DNA of 64,000 nucleotides from an uncultured delta proteobacterium (GTDB lineage: Bacteria; Myxococcota; Kuafuiibacteriia; Kuafuiibacteriales; Kuafuiibacteriaceae), in the NCBI GenBank assembly GCA_963803435.1, contig CAWDML010000009.1:1216001-1280000 (forward strand), given 5' to 3'. The first letter of the stretch is position 1, and each line of letters opens with the position of its first letter. The notes beneath the pieces were generated by a model that made no database searches, was not told where the DNA came from, and saw nothing but the letters and a program-made list of their open reading frames with translations. Shown here one piece after another: positions 9,817 to 19,830 of the stretch. The position numbers and the translations under genes were made by a program.

Positions 9817-10017
9817 ATGAAGTCGAATCGAAGGAATGGGTGGGTGCAGCTGGCGGTCCTCGCGGTCCTGGCGGCCTTGGCGACGCCGTTCGCCCTGGCT
9901 GCGGTCCGGGAGCAAGCGAAGCCCGCGGTGAGGGCGCCGAGCCCCGAGCTCCCGCGCGAGTGGCGGTGGCACAAGAAGGCCGTCACGTTCGACGACATGT
10001 TCGCGGGGGCCCGCTGA
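9817..10017 (+). CDS. Small exported hypothetical protein (66 aa)
   Basis: Strong AGGAAGGAG RBS, N-terminal hydrophobic helix, C-terminal PREWRWHKKAVTFDDMF. Confidence 0.55.
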   Translation: MKSNRRNGWVQLAVLAVLAALATPFALAAVREQAKPAVRAPSPELPREWRWHKKAVTFDDMFAGAR

Positions 10018-10032
10018 GACCGGGCCGGTCTC
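10016..10032. terminator. Palindrome between convergent genes, possible bidirectional terminator
   Basis: GAGACCGG-G-CCGGTCTC sits exactly between two stop codons; no U-tract. Confidence 0.3.
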
Positions 10033-11586
10033 TCACTTGGTGAGGACGCGGGTGTACTCGACCTGGCCCTGCGTACCGACGAACTCGGCGGTGAGCGTGT
10101 TGCCCTCGATTTGCACCGCGAGGAACCCGAGCGACGTGCTCTGGAAGGAGGTCGGGTTCGACCCGCTCAAGCTGGACCCGCTGGCGCCGGTCCCGCTCAC
10201 CGCCAGCGCCGTCGAGCCGCCGCACGGTTGGCTGAGCCACTGGCGGGTGTGATCGTGTCCCGACAGATAGAGGTCCGCGCGCCCGCAGATGTCGGCGTCG
10301 AAGAAGCTCTTCACGCCGTCGCCGCTCCACGGTTGCACGCCGCTGGTACCGTCGTAATTCCCGGCGTTGCCGTGGGGGCCGTTCGATCGGTAGGGGTGGT
10401 GACCGAACGCGATCCTCCAGGTCGCGCTCGACGCGCCCATCCAGGCGTCGACATCGGCGCGCTGGGCCTGATCCAGCCCGTACATCTGGGCGTTGGTGTC
10501 GAGCGCGAAGAACTCGGCGTTCTCTCGCGTGAAGTGATAGTAGGCCGCCGGCAGGCGCCACTTGGCGGAGCGGTGGCTGTAGTCGATCGAGTACTGGCCC
10601 TTGAAGAACTCGGATCCGGAGCCGCCGCCGCCGTAGTCGTGATTGCCGAGCACGACGTCGAAGGGGACGGGCACAGCCGCGTAGGGCGCCTCGAACTTGG
10701 TGTCGAACTGGGGATCGTGGTCCGAGCTGGGGCCGCTGTCGTAGATGTTGTCGCCGAGCAGGAGCACGAAATCGTATCCGCGCTCGCGATAATGATCCGC
10801 CATGGCCGTCGCGACCGCCCACTGACCGGCGTTTCCGCGACCCGTGTCTCCCACCGCGAGGAAGCGGATCGAGGGGGGCGGTCGCTGGTCGATCGGATAG
10901 ATGCGCGCGCCGCTCGAGCCTCGCCGGAAGACGTTGATCGCTCCGCACTGTCCGAAGTGGTTGCCGGACGGATAGGGCGTGCTGGGCTGGGCCACGTCGG
11001 GCTCCCAACCGGGGCCGTTGCTGATGAACGACTTGAGCTCGAACCACGAGGCGCCGTTCCAGGCGAAGCCGTGCGCGCAGTCCATCTCCACATCGATCAT
11101 CCAGTAGTGCATCCCGAAGCGATTGAGAGGCTCGGTCCCGTAGCCATCGCTCGCCACCGTCCGCTCCGCTCCCCAGTCGGAGGGCCACGCGTCGGTGGTC
11201 CAGTCAGCCGGCGTCCCTTCGCTCACGACGCCGTGTGAGACCCCGTTCTGCAGCGGCTCTTTCCCGTACCAGTCCAGCCGGTCGTCGTGATCCTTCCAGG
11301 GTTCGGTGGTGGCGTTCGACCGGTTGAGGTGACGGATGGGGATCGCACACTGGTAGTTGGACGCCGTGCAGCTGAGCCCGAGGAGCTGCTGGGCGCGGGC
11401 GTGGTCGAGGCCGCCGCGGACGAAGAGGTCCTGTCCGGGCTCAGTGATCCCGAAGATGAAGATGACCGTGCGTCGGAAGTCGGTGGCCTGCACCGCTTCC
11501 GGATCCGAGGCCGCGCGCTCCGGTGCGACGGCTTCTCCGCACGACGAGACGAAGAGGGCGAGGAGGACTCGAGCCGGTGCGTTCAT
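10033..11586 (-). CDS. Lipoprotein: alpha-amylase C-terminal-extension-like domain plus purple acid phosphatase-type metallophosphoesterase
   Basis: Lipobox FVSSC. N-domain RTVIFI..GQDLFVRGG..LDWYG..HYWMIDVEMDC..WFELK..NHFGQCG. Phosphatase motifs GDTG, GDNIY, LGNHD, GHHP and SGHDH. Confidence 0.85.
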   Translation of the reverse strand: MNAPARVLLALFVSSCGEAVAPERAASDPEAVQATDFRRTVIFIFGITEPGQDLFVRGGLDHARAQQLLGLSCTASNYQCAIPIRHLNRSNATTEPWKDHDDRLDWYGKEPLQNGVSHGVVSEGTPADWTTDAWPSDWGAERTVASDGYGTEPLNRFGMHYWMIDVEMDCAHGFAWNGASWFELKSFISNGPGWEPDVAQPSTPYPSGNHFGQCGAINVFRRGSSGARIYPIDQRPPPSIRFLAVGDTGRGNAGQWAVATAMADHYRERGYDFVLLLGDNIYDSGPSSDHDPQFDTKFEAPYAAVPVPFDVVLGNHDYGGGGSGSEFFKGQYSIDYSHRSAKWRLPAAYYHFTRENAEFFALDTNAQMYGLDQAQRADVDAWMGASSATWRIAFGHHPYRSNGPHGNAGNYDGTSGVQPWSGDGVKSFFDADICGRADLYLSGHDHTRQWLSQPCGGSTALAVSGTGASGSSLSGSNPTSFQSTSLGFLAVQIEGNTLTAEFVGTQGQVEYTRVLTK

Positions 11587-11761
11587 GCCTCCGTCCCTGG
11601 CAGGAACGATGCCGCGCCCGCGCGCGACCGATCACGGCACGGTCGGCCCAGAATCGATCGGTGGTGGCGCCGATCGATCCAGTGCGTTCGTCCGACAGGA
11701 CACCTGCGGCTTGCATTCGCGCGACGCCGTCCGCCGCACTGTCGTCTTCCGGTCCACAGCC

Positions 11762-13696
11762 CTATGCGGAGGCCGAGAGCTGCGGGACCCGATGATCGAG
11801 CCGGTGCCAGGCCTCGCGGATCACGCGCTCGCGCATCGTCGCGATGGACCGCTGGATGCGCTGGGTCTGCTCGATGAAGCTGGGCTCGCCGCGGATCGAG
11901 TCGAAGGCCGGCTCCAGCGCATCCCAGGCGAGGAGGCGGTGGCCTGCGGTGACGCTGCGCTCGAACCAGCGGAGCGCGGCGTCGCGCTCGCCGCGGGCCG
12001 CGAGCATGGCCGCCAGCTCCCAGGAGCGGCTCACGTTATCCTCCCCGCGCTCCAGCGCGGCGCGGTTCGTCGCTTCCACCTCGCCAAAGAGCGTCTCGGC
12101 GCGCTCGGCGCGGCCGGCGATCGCCTCGAGCCGCCCCAGCGCGAGCATCGCGTAGGTGTCACGCCCGGGCGAGACGCGCAGCGCCTCCTCGAAGAGGGCG
12201 GCGGCCCGGTCGGCGTGGCCGGCCACCAGGTGCGTCCGTCCTGCGATGCGCAGGCACTCGGGCGTGTGCGGATAGGCGGCGCTCAGGGCCGCGACCCGCT
12301 CGCAGGCCGCCCGGACGTCGCCCTCGACCAGCTCGCGCGTCGCCACCCATACGTTGGCGTCGATGAGCAGCGGGCTGGTCGAGAGGGCGTGCTCGAACCA
12401 CCGCCCCGACTCGTCGCGGAAGCCGAGACACCACAGATAGGTGGCGTAGGTGGCGATCTCGATCGGGTTCGGCGCCGGCTCCCGGATGATCTTCAGCTTG
12501 ATCCAGCCGATGGCCTCGTCCCACTCGCCCAGCTCGAAGTGCGCCTGCGAGACGTTGAAGATGGCCTCGTCATAGGTGGGCCGGAGCTCCACCGCGCGCA
12601 GATAGGACTGGAGCGAGCGCCGGCGGAGGCCCTTCGCGTGGTAGGCGAGGCCCAGCGCCTTGTGAGACTCGGGGAGCTCGCTCGCCAGCGAGAGCGCGCG
12701 CTCGGCCGCCTCGATCGCCGCGTCGGCCCACTCGTCCCCGAAGCCAAAGTTGGTGCCGCGCAGGCCGTAAGCGTTGGCGAGCCCCGCGTAGGCGAGGGCG
12801 AAGCCGGGGTCGATCTCGATCGCCCGTTTGTACAGCGCGATCGCGGTCTCGTTCTCCTCCCGCTCCCACTTCCGATAGTGCGCGCGCCCGCGCAGGTACA
12901 GATCGTAGGCGCCGGCGTCGCGGGTGGCGGCGAGGGCAGGGTCGCGGTGCTGTTCCGGCGACAGCTCGATCTGGAGCTCCGCAGCGATCCGCTCGGCGAC
13001 CTCCTGCTGGATCCGGAGCACGTCGTCGATCCGCTCGTCGTAGGCCTGCGCCCACAGCACCTGCTCGTTGTCGGCCTGGATCAGCTGGGCCGAGATCCGG
13101 ACCCGATCGGCGCTGCGGCGGACGCTCCCCGTCAGGATCGAGGCCACCGACAGGGCCGTGCCGATCTCCCGGACGCTCTGCCCGGTCTTGAGGAAGCGCG
13201 CGCTCGAGACGGTCGAGACCACGAACAACCCGCGGACCTTGGTGAGCTCGGTGATGATGTCGTCGGTGACGCCCTCCGCGAAGTAGGCGCTGCCCTCGTT
13301 TCCGTCGAGGTTGGTGAAGGGGAGCACCGCCAGGCAGCGCGGCATCGCCGGCTTGGCGGGCTCGGCCGGCTCGGCCTCTCGGGTGGAGACGGGGCAGCTG
13401 AAGCGGTAGCCGCGGCCCCGCTGGGTACGGATGAACCGCTGCGACTGGCCGTCGTCGCCGAGGGCGCGCCGCACCTCCTTGAGCGCGCTCGAGAGCGCGC
13501 TGTCGCTGACCACCACGTCCGGCCAGACGCCGGCGATCAGCTCCTCCTTGGGGACGGAGCGGTCGTGGCGCGCCACCAGGTACGCGAGGAGCCGGAGCGG
13601 GGTGGGATCGAGGTCGATGCGCAGGCCGTCGCGGCGCAGGGTCTCTTCGCCCGAGTCGAGCTCGAAGCCCTCGAACGCGTAGACCGGTCCCGGCAC
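11762..13696 (-). CDS. ToxR/OmpR-type winged-HTH regulator with TolB-like and TPR domains
   Basis: YAFEGFELD..LLAYLV..KEELIAGVWPDVVVSDSAL..RTQRGRGYRF, then LAVLPFTNL..YFAEGVTDDII, then TPR repeats. Confidence 0.88.
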   Translation of the reverse strand: MPGPVYAFEGFELDSGEETLRRDGLRIDLDPTPLRLLAYLVARHDRSVPKEELIAGVWPDVVVSDSALSSALKEVRRALGDDGQSQRFIRTQRGRGYRFSCPVSTREAEPAEPAKPAMPRCLAVLPFTNLDGNEGSAYFAEGVTDDIITELTKVRGLFVVSTVSSARFLKTGQSVREIGTALSVASILTGSVRRSADRVRISAQLIQADNEQVLWAQAYDERIDDVLRIQQEVAERIAAELQIELSPEQHRDPALAATRDAGAYDLYLRGRAHYRKWEREENETAIALYKRAIEIDPGFALAYAGLANAYGLRGTNFGFGDEWADAAIEAAERALSLASELPESHKALGLAYHAKGLRRRSLQSYLRAVELRPTYDEAIFNVSQAHFELGEWDEAIGWIKLKIIREPAPNPIEIATYATYLWCLGFRDESGRWFEHALSTSPLLIDANVWVATRELVEGDVRAACERVAALSAAYPHTPECLRIAGRTHLVAGHADRAAALFEEALRVSPGRDTYAMLALGRLEAIAGRAERAETLFGEVEATNRAALERGEDNVSRSWELAAMLAARGERDAALRWFERSVTAGHRLLAWDALEPAFDSIRGEPSFIEQTQRIQRSIATMRERVIREAWHRLDHRVPQLSASA

Positions 13697-13805
13697 GGCG
13701 GAGCACCTTATCACCCGGGCATGACCCGAGGTACGCCGAGATCTTTCGTGCCGGCGCGGGGATCGTTCGGCCCCTGCGCCCGGGAGGGCCGCACATCCTG
13801 GGCCC

Positions 13806-13980
13806 GTGGGTTTTCTGCGATGGCTCCCTGGCCTCGGTTCTCCTGTTGCTCGGCGGCTGCACCTCCGACACCGGCGCGCTCGCCCCGACGGACGGGGCGA
13901 ACCACCGGCGGGACCACGCTGCGGGGACGGCGTGGTCACGGAGGGCGAGGCCTGCGACGACGGCGTGAACGAGATCGATC
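13806..13980 (+). pseudogene. Remnant of a lipoprotein with a Myxococcus cysteine-rich repeat
   Basis: A broken lipobox (VLLLLGGC) in one frame and CGDGVVTEGEACDDG in another, then loss of similarity. Confidence 0.5.
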
Positions 13981-14440
13981 GCTTCCTGTGGACCGACTCG
14001 ATTGCGGGCTCGCTGCGCGGACAGCCGACGAACCCTCATGGTGGGCGCGGGCTCTTGCCAGCACCCGAGGAATGAATGGCGCCAAAGGTCCTTGATTGAC
14101 GAGGAGGCGAGCGGCGTTCAGACTGCCGAGGAGATGACCCAGCGCTCCCGCAAGAGCGACGACGCCGAGCCGGTCCAGCTCGTGAACTTCCGAAACCCGT
14201 ACTGCCCAACGACAATCGCGATGTCGTCGAGCTCCTCGAGAGGAACCGGGCCCACTTGCAGCTCGAAGACGTGGAACAGGTCTGCGCCCGCTACGGCTTC
14301 TCCGAGCGACTCGGGGTGCTGCTGAAGCAGGCAGGCATCAGCGATTCTGCCGGGTGTCGGTGAACACGTGCTCCGACGGGAAAGACCCGTCAGGCCGACG
14401 CGGGCTTGGCGCTCCTGTCCAGCTTCAGGCGGCGGTCCTG

Positions 14441-15361
14441 TCAATGGGCACCCGACTCGATCGGGCCGTGGGGCTCCGAACGCTCGGGCCAGGGCAGGGT
14501 GGAGACCGCGCCGCCGATCGCCCAGGTCGCGACGAAGATCAGCGCGAAGGGGAGCCAGGTCGCGGCGATGCTGCCGAAGCTCTCGAGGCTGTGGCGCGCC
14601 AGGAGCGCGGCCAGCAGATCGAGCCCGGCGACGGTCGCCGCCCAGGTGACGGCGGTCGGGAGCGGGTCGCGGGCGCCGCGCGCGTGGAAGTACCTCCAGG
14701 CGAGCGCCCCGAACACGAGCGGTGCAGCGAACGCGTGGACGATCAACGCCGCCGTGAGCCCGGCGATCGGGAGCACCCCCGCCATGATCGCGGCACAGAC
14801 CACCCAACCGGCGAGCCCGTGAGCCAGCAATCGAGGGAGCGAGTGCGCCGGGTGCTCCACGGGAGCGTTCGGAGACACGTGGGCGACCTGCACCGCGAGC
14901 TCGGCGGCCCAGGCGCGGATTCGATCGGGGTTGCGCCAGTCGCCGCTCAGCTTGTTCGCCATCGCGCTGGCGGGGAAGCCGCGGACGTCCGGCTCGAGGC
15001 GACCGCCGAAGGTGACGTGACCCTTCGCGCCGATCCGCTCGGCGAGGACGGCGACCTGCGTGGGAGCGGGGATCGTTCGATGGTCGGCCGAATCGTCGAG
15101 TGGACCGCTCGAGAAGAGCCAGACAGGGATCTTGCGGAGGGCCTTCTCGTGCCGATGGACGAAGCGGCGAAGATGACCGGGCCAACGGTTCGCATAGAGC
15201 GCGCCGCCGATGATCGCGGCATCGAAGCCGTCGACCTTCGTAACGTCGCGGGCGGAGACGGTGACGACCGTGTAGCCGTGCACTTCGAGCGCGTCCCCCA
15301 GGATGCGGGCGATGCCTTCGGTTCCGCCGTGTTTCGAGCCCCAGGTGACGAGGATCCGCAT
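14441..15361 (-). CDS. Long-chain flavodoxin (HemG-like) domain fused to a four-TM membrane domain
   Basis: ILVTWGSKHGGTEGIA, IIGGALY, WLFSSGPL, FGGRL and GDWRNPDRIRAWA, followed by hydrophobic helices. GGAGG RBS. Confidence 0.8.
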   Translation of the reverse strand: MRILVTWGSKHGGTEGIARILGDALEVHGYTVVTVSARDVTKVDGFDAAIIGGALYANRWPGHLRRFVHRHEKALRKIPVWLFSSGPLDDSADHRTIPAPTQVAVLAERIGAKGHVTFGGRLEPDVRGFPASAMANKLSGDWRNPDRIRAWAAELAVQVAHVSPNAPVEHPAHSLPRLLAHGLAGWVVCAAIMAGVLPIAGLTAALIVHAFAAPLVFGALAWRYFHARGARDPLPTAVTWAATVAGLDLLAALLARHSLESFGSIAATWLPFALIFVATWAIGGAVSTLPWPERSEPHGPIESGAH

Positions 15362-15566
15362 ATCGACCTCCTGACGCCCACCTCTGGAGCAACTCCCACG
15401 CCAGGCGATGCGGGTCGCCGTCGCCGCTCGCGGCTGACCTCGAGCGGACCTGAATGAGCCCCGCGTTCACGTCGCTCGCGAGGCCGGGGCCTTCGAATGT
15501 CTCGCCGACCGCATCGTCGCCGAGCAGCTCGCGCCTAGGAGCGTGTAGCGCGTAAGCGCTCACGCG

Positions 15567-15609
15567 ACCCGGTCCCGGTCCCGGTCCCGGTCCCGGTCCG
15601 GGTCCCGAT
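15567..15609 (+). repeat. (CCGGTC)n hexamer tandem array, left arm of the inverted repeat
   Basis: ACCCGGTCCCGGTCCCGGTCCCGGTCCCGGTCCGGGTCCCGAT read directly. Confidence 0.9.
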
Positions 15610-15629
15610 CTGAAGATGGCTGCCTTGAG

Positions 15630-16768
15630 TCAGACGCTCGCGACGGTCGCGAGCTTCGATCGGTAGAGCTTGAGCAGGTTGTGGGTGAGGCAGACGAGCG
15701 TCCACTCGGCTCGTACCTTGAAGAAGGAGCGGAGCGAGAACCGGCGGAATCCTCGTGCGCCTTTGATCTGTCCGAGCGCCGGTTCGACGATACTCTTCCT
15801 GCGGGGGTAGACCGCCTTGCCGTCGAGCGTTTGCAACTTGTCTCGCATTCGCTTGCGAGCGAGCGAGGCAGGTGTGGGCTCCGAAGCTGATGAGGACGGA
15901 GTCGACGCGTCTTGGTTCTGTTCGCGTCCAACAGCGATGTGGGCATCGATCTGATTGTTGTCGCAGAATTCGATGTTGGTCGCGCTCAGATAGCCGTTGT
16001 CTGCCGTCATCTTCCGCGAAGCATCGCCGCAGTTGCCGAACACATCACGGAGCATCGGGACGAGGTGTTGCTGATCAGGTGCCTGGTTGCTGACCCCTTC
16101 GGCGACAATCACCTGAGCGTGCTCATCTACGACAACTTGGCATTGTAGGCCTGGAGGTACGCTCCCTCCTTCAACATGATCCTGCTGTCTGAGTCGGTGA
16201 AGTTCCTCTGAGCGTTGGGCCTCGGTGTGCCGTCCACATTTGCAGGAACGCGATGATGCGGCCATCCCTCATTTCGTTCAGTTGGGTCTGGGGATGGTTC
16301 GAGCTGGTCAGCCTGCGCTCCTGCCTTCTCGGCTCGAGTTCTCGCTCGCTTCTGCTCCACCCGATCCACAAGAGCATCATCCGCTTTGCTCGTCTTCCTC
16401 TTTGGTCGATCCTGCGCGCTCGCTCCAGCAGTTCTTCGATCTCGAGAGACAGCCGCTTCTCCTCCTCGGCCATCCGCTCGTAGGTCATCGCCTTGTGCTT
16501 GCTCGCGTCCGCCTGCACCTTCGAGCCATCGAGTGCGACGTGTCCGAGCCCCACCAAACCGGAATGGAATGTCTTCGTAGGTCGCCCGCGCGATCCTCCG
16601 CGACGAATAGATGCCGGTGCAGTAGGCGTACAGAAGCAGCGCGATCATCATTCGAGGCGAGTACGGTCCTTGGACTGGATCGAGATCTCGATCGCGCTCA
16701 GCTCTACCTCATCGACGACGTCCAAGACGAAGTACGCGAGATGATTTTCTGGGAGCCACTCGAGAGGG
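15630..16768 (-). pseudogene. IS1182-family transposase, central and C-terminal part (frameshifts, internal deletion near 16560)
   Basis: LEWLPENHLAYFVLDVV, ALLLYAYCTGIYSSRRIA, HVALDGSK, RNFTDSDSRIM, QAYN, ADNGYLS and RRKSIVEP..GQIK..RGFRRFSLR. Confidence 0.9.
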
Positions 16769-16945
16769 TGTTGGGTCTCGGACTGTATCGTGATCCACCG
16801 CCCCCTCCATCCCATGGTAGCTCAGCGCTGATCCGGGCTGGTAGGTAAGAGAGCGCGGAGCCGGCGGCCAGCGAGCCGTCCCGGCTTCGCTCATCTGGTC
16901 GCAGCCACCACCCTGCCGTCGTGCTACCGGCAGGCGGGAGAGGAG

Positions 16946-17614
16946 ATGGCCCGCCACGGTTCGCCCCGTGCGGGCCAGGCTGTGCAGCTTCGCTTCGCGA
17001 CGGCGCTGTCCAGCGACGAGTACGTTAGCGAGCGAGGCTGGGAGAACGCAACGCTGGACTTCTGCCCTGTGCATCCAAAGGGCGGCTGCGACTTCGCGAG
17101 GCACACGCCGTACGAGCGGATGACGCCCCCAGGGACCCGCGTCGCTCGCTGGTATTGCCCGCAAGCTCACCAGACCTTCAGCCTGTTGCCCGACTGCCTG
17201 TCCTCGCGGCTACCGGGCTCGCTCGCCAGAGTCGATGATGTCGTTCGAGAGGCCGAGGCAGGTCGCCATCAAGGGCTGAGCTGGGAGGAGGTCGCCGCCA
17301 GGCTTCGCCCCGATATCGAGGTGCAAGGTGCCTTGCGATGGCTGCGTCGGCGCCTCGCCCTCGTGTACGCCTCGGCGAACGCGCTGATCGGCCTCGTGCC
17401 TGATCGCCTCGCCGGCTGCGCGCCGACGCTGACCTCCCTCGCTGCGCGTCTCGACATCTCGTGTGTCCTGGTCGCGCTGCGCGAGATCGCAGCGAGCGGG
17501 TTGCCGCGTCTGTCCCCACCTCTCGGTTTCGGTCCCCGGCCCGCCCAGCGGTGGCCGCGTCCAAAGCCGCTCCAACACGACACGGGCGCAGATCCGCCGA
17601 CCAAGCATCGGTAG
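16946..17614 (+). CDS. Transposon-associated Cys/His zinc-finger and HTH protein (DUF6431-like)
   Basis: CPVH..GC..RH..YER..WYCPQAHQTFSLLPDCL. GGAGAGGAG RBS. First gene of the element. Confidence 0.75.
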   Translation: MARHGSPRAGQAVQLRFATALSSDEYVSERGWENATLDFCPVHPKGGCDFARHTPYERMTPPGTRVARWYCPQAHQTFSLLPDCLSSRLPGSLARVDDVVREAEAGRHQGLSWEEVAARLRPDIEVQGALRWLRRRLALVYASANALIGLVPDRLAGCAPTLTSLAARLDISCVLVALREIAASGLPRLSPPLGFGPRPAQRWPRPKPLQHDTGADPPTKHR

Positions 17615-17659
17615 TCCTCGGACGCTCGCACATCGCGAGCCCACACCGAGGAGTTACCG

Positions 17660-19033
17660 ATGGAAGACGACCACAAGAAGAAGCTCGCTCACGAGATCGC
17701 GTTGTTTCGGCACAGCGTGCTGGGGGACCTCGTCCACCTCGCGCCGGGACACCGCGGCCTCTACGATCTGCTTCACTTCAAGGCCGACAAGGACTACGAG
17801 ATCCCCAACTCTCTGCGGCGGCGCGTCGCCGTGGAGACCATCCGCCACTGGCTCAAGCTCTACCGAAAGGGCGGCTTTGACGCCCTGATCCCCAAGACCA
17901 GGCGCGATGCCGAGACCTCGCGCAAGATACCGCAGGAGGTTCAGGACCTCCTCGTCGCCCTCAAGGACGAGCACCGCGACTGGACGGTGAAGGCCGTCAT
18001 CAAGGAGGCACTCGACTCCGGAAAGATCCCCCTCGATCTACCGCTACCTCCGTCGACCGTTCACCGACTCTTCACGCGCCACGGCCTGATGCAGAAGCTG
18101 CCCGCCGCCCCGACCACCAAGGACCACCGCAAGTTCGCTTTCCAGAAGGCCGGCGATCTCTGGATGAGCGACGTGATGCACGGCCCCGCCGTGATCTGCG
18201 AGGGCCGCAGGAAGAAGAAGACCTTCCTGATCGCCTTCCTCGACGACGCCACGCGCGTCATCCCCTTCGCGGCCTTCCAGGCGTCCGAGAGCACCGCCGC
18301 CTTCTTGCCTTGTCTGAAGCAGGCCATCTTGCGGAGAGGACTTCCGAAACGCTTGTTCGTCGATAACGGTTCCGCGTATCGGTCCCAGCACCTCGCCCTC
18401 GTCTGCGCCAAGCTCGGCGTGACGTTGATCCACGCGCGCGCCTACCATCCACAGGCCAAGGGTAAGCAAGAGCGATTTTTCAGAACTGTGCGGATGCAAC
18501 TCCTGCCGCACCTCAGGCCCGAGGACCTCAGCAGCCTCGACGCGCTCAATCGCCGGCTGTGGGCCTGGGTCGAAGGCGAGTACCATCGCGCTCCGCACCG
18601 CGGTCTCGACGGCGACACCCCCATCGACCGCTGGGCGCAGGTCGCCGACGAGGTCCGCTACGGCGCCAGCCTCGACCTCGACGACCTGTTCCTCTTCGAG
18701 GCTCAACGCAAGGTCCACAAGGATCGAGTCGTGAGCCTCAACGGAATCGGATACGAGGTCGACGCCGCCCTCGTCGACGAGACCGTCACGCTCCGCTACG
18801 ACCCGTCGACTCCCGGCCGGCCAATCAAGGTCTTGCACAAGGGGCAGATCGTGCAGACCGCCAAGGTCGTCGATGCCTACGCCAACTGCTTCGTCCGCCG
18901 GGACCGTCCCTCGGCGGAATTGGAGTCGATGCCCGCCGCCGAGGCGCCGCCCTCCAAGGCCACCACCGAGCCCCCGCGGCGAGGGCTCGACCTCGCCCGC
19001 CTCGCCCAGAACGACGACCAGGAGGACCGCTGA
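17660..19033 (+). CDS. DDE transposase/integrase (rve core, Mu-transposase-like C-terminus)
   Basis: LWMSDVMHG, FLDDATR, LFVDNGSAY, KGKQERFFRTV and EYHRAPH. Intact ORF with different codon usage from the flanks. Confidence 0.93.
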   Translation: MEDDHKKKLAHEIALFRHSVLGDLVHLAPGHRGLYDLLHFKADKDYEIPNSLRRRVAVETIRHWLKLYRKGGFDALIPKTRRDAETSRKIPQEVQDLLVALKDEHRDWTVKAVIKEALDSGKIPLDLPLPPSTVHRLFTRHGLMQKLPAAPTTKDHRKFAFQKAGDLWMSDVMHGPAVICEGRRKKKTFLIAFLDDATRVIPFAAFQASESTAAFLPCLKQAILRRGLPKRLFVDNGSAYRSQHLALVCAKLGVTLIHARAYHPQAKGKQERFFRTVRMQLLPHLRPEDLSSLDALNRRLWAWVEGEYHRAPHRGLDGDTPIDRWAQVADEVRYGASLDLDDLFLFEAQRKVHKDRVVSLNGIGYEVDAALVDETVTLRYDPSTPGRPIKVLHKGQIVQTAKVVDAYANCFVRRDRPSAELESMPAAEAPPSKATTEPPRRGLDLARLAQNDDQEDR

Positions 19034-19830
19034 TGTATCGCAGACACTTCGCCTTGACCCGTCACCCGTTCGCAAAGGACCTCGCCGCAGAGGACCTCTT
19101 CATCTCAGCCAGCGCCAAGGAGTGGGAAGTCCGGCTCCTCTACCTCCTCGATCTCTGCGGCATCGGCCTGCTCACCGGAGAGCCAGGCGGAGGCAAGACC
19201 ACCGTGACCCGGAAGGTCGTCAGCGCGCTGCACACGGGCCTCTTTCGCGTCTTCTACGTCGCGCTCACCACCGGCAACGTCATGGACCTCTACAAGATGA
19301 TCGCTTGGGAGCTGGGCCTGCCCACCGAGAGGAGTCGCGCGGCCCTGCACACCTGTATCCGCACCGAGGTCACGCGACTCTGCCAGGAGTCCAAGATCCG
19401 CCCACTGCTGATCATTGACGAAGCGCACCGGCTCCGCAGCGATGTGTTGGAGGAGCTGCGGCTCCTCACCAACTACCAGATGGATTCGGAGAACCGTCTC
19501 TGTCTGCTCTTCATCGGGCAGGCAGAGCTACGGAGGCGGCTCTCCATGGCGGTCCACGAAGCCCTCTCGCAGCGCATCATCGTCCGCCATCACCTCGCCG
19601 CGCTCACGCGCGACGAGCTGCCGCCCTACCTGGGGCACCTGCTCCGGCTCGCGGGATGCGAGCTGCCCCTCTTCGAGCCGGCCGCGATGGAAGCGATTTA
19701 TCAGTCCACGAACGGCCTGCCGCGTAAGGTCAACGCCTTGGCCCACCATGCGCTCAACGCGGCTGCGATCGCGCGCGCGAAGACCGTCACCGTCGAGCAT
19801 GTCCAGGCCGCCACGCCGGAGGTCGCCTGA
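19033..19830 (+). CDS. ExeA/GspA-like AAA+ ATPase (transposition helper)
   Basis: MYRRHFALTRHPF, Walker A GEPGGGKT, Walker B LIIDEAH, IGQAEL, and GLPRKVN. TGATG coupling to the transposase. Confidence 0.92.
   Translation: MYRRHFALTRHPFAKDLAAEDLFISASAKEWEVRLLYLLDLCGIGLLTGEPGGGKTTVTRKVVSALHTGLFRVFYVALTTGNVMDLYKMIAWELGLPTERSRAALHTCIRTEVTRLCQESKIRPLLIIDEAHRLRSDVLEELRLLTNYQMDSENRLCLLFIGQAELRRRLSMAVHEALSQRIIVRHHLAALTRDELPPYLGHLLRLAGCELPLFEPAAMEAIYQSTNGLPRKVNALAHHALNAAAIARAKTVTVEHVQAATPEVA

Noticed and set aside
11357-14095. 912-aa plus-strand ORF and many similar long Arg/Gly/Ala-rich ORFs
   Set aside because: These are antisense or off-frame shadows of real genes, expected in high-GC DNA, with no motifs.
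15567-15609. CRISPR array or DRDRDR/GTGTGT peptide ORFs at the hexamer repeats
   Set aside because: No spacers and no cas genes; the short ORFs over the repeats lack coding signals.
19033-19830. Type II secretion component ExeA
   Set aside because: It lies inside a TSD-bounded transposon coupled to a DDE transposase, and there are no other T2SS genes.
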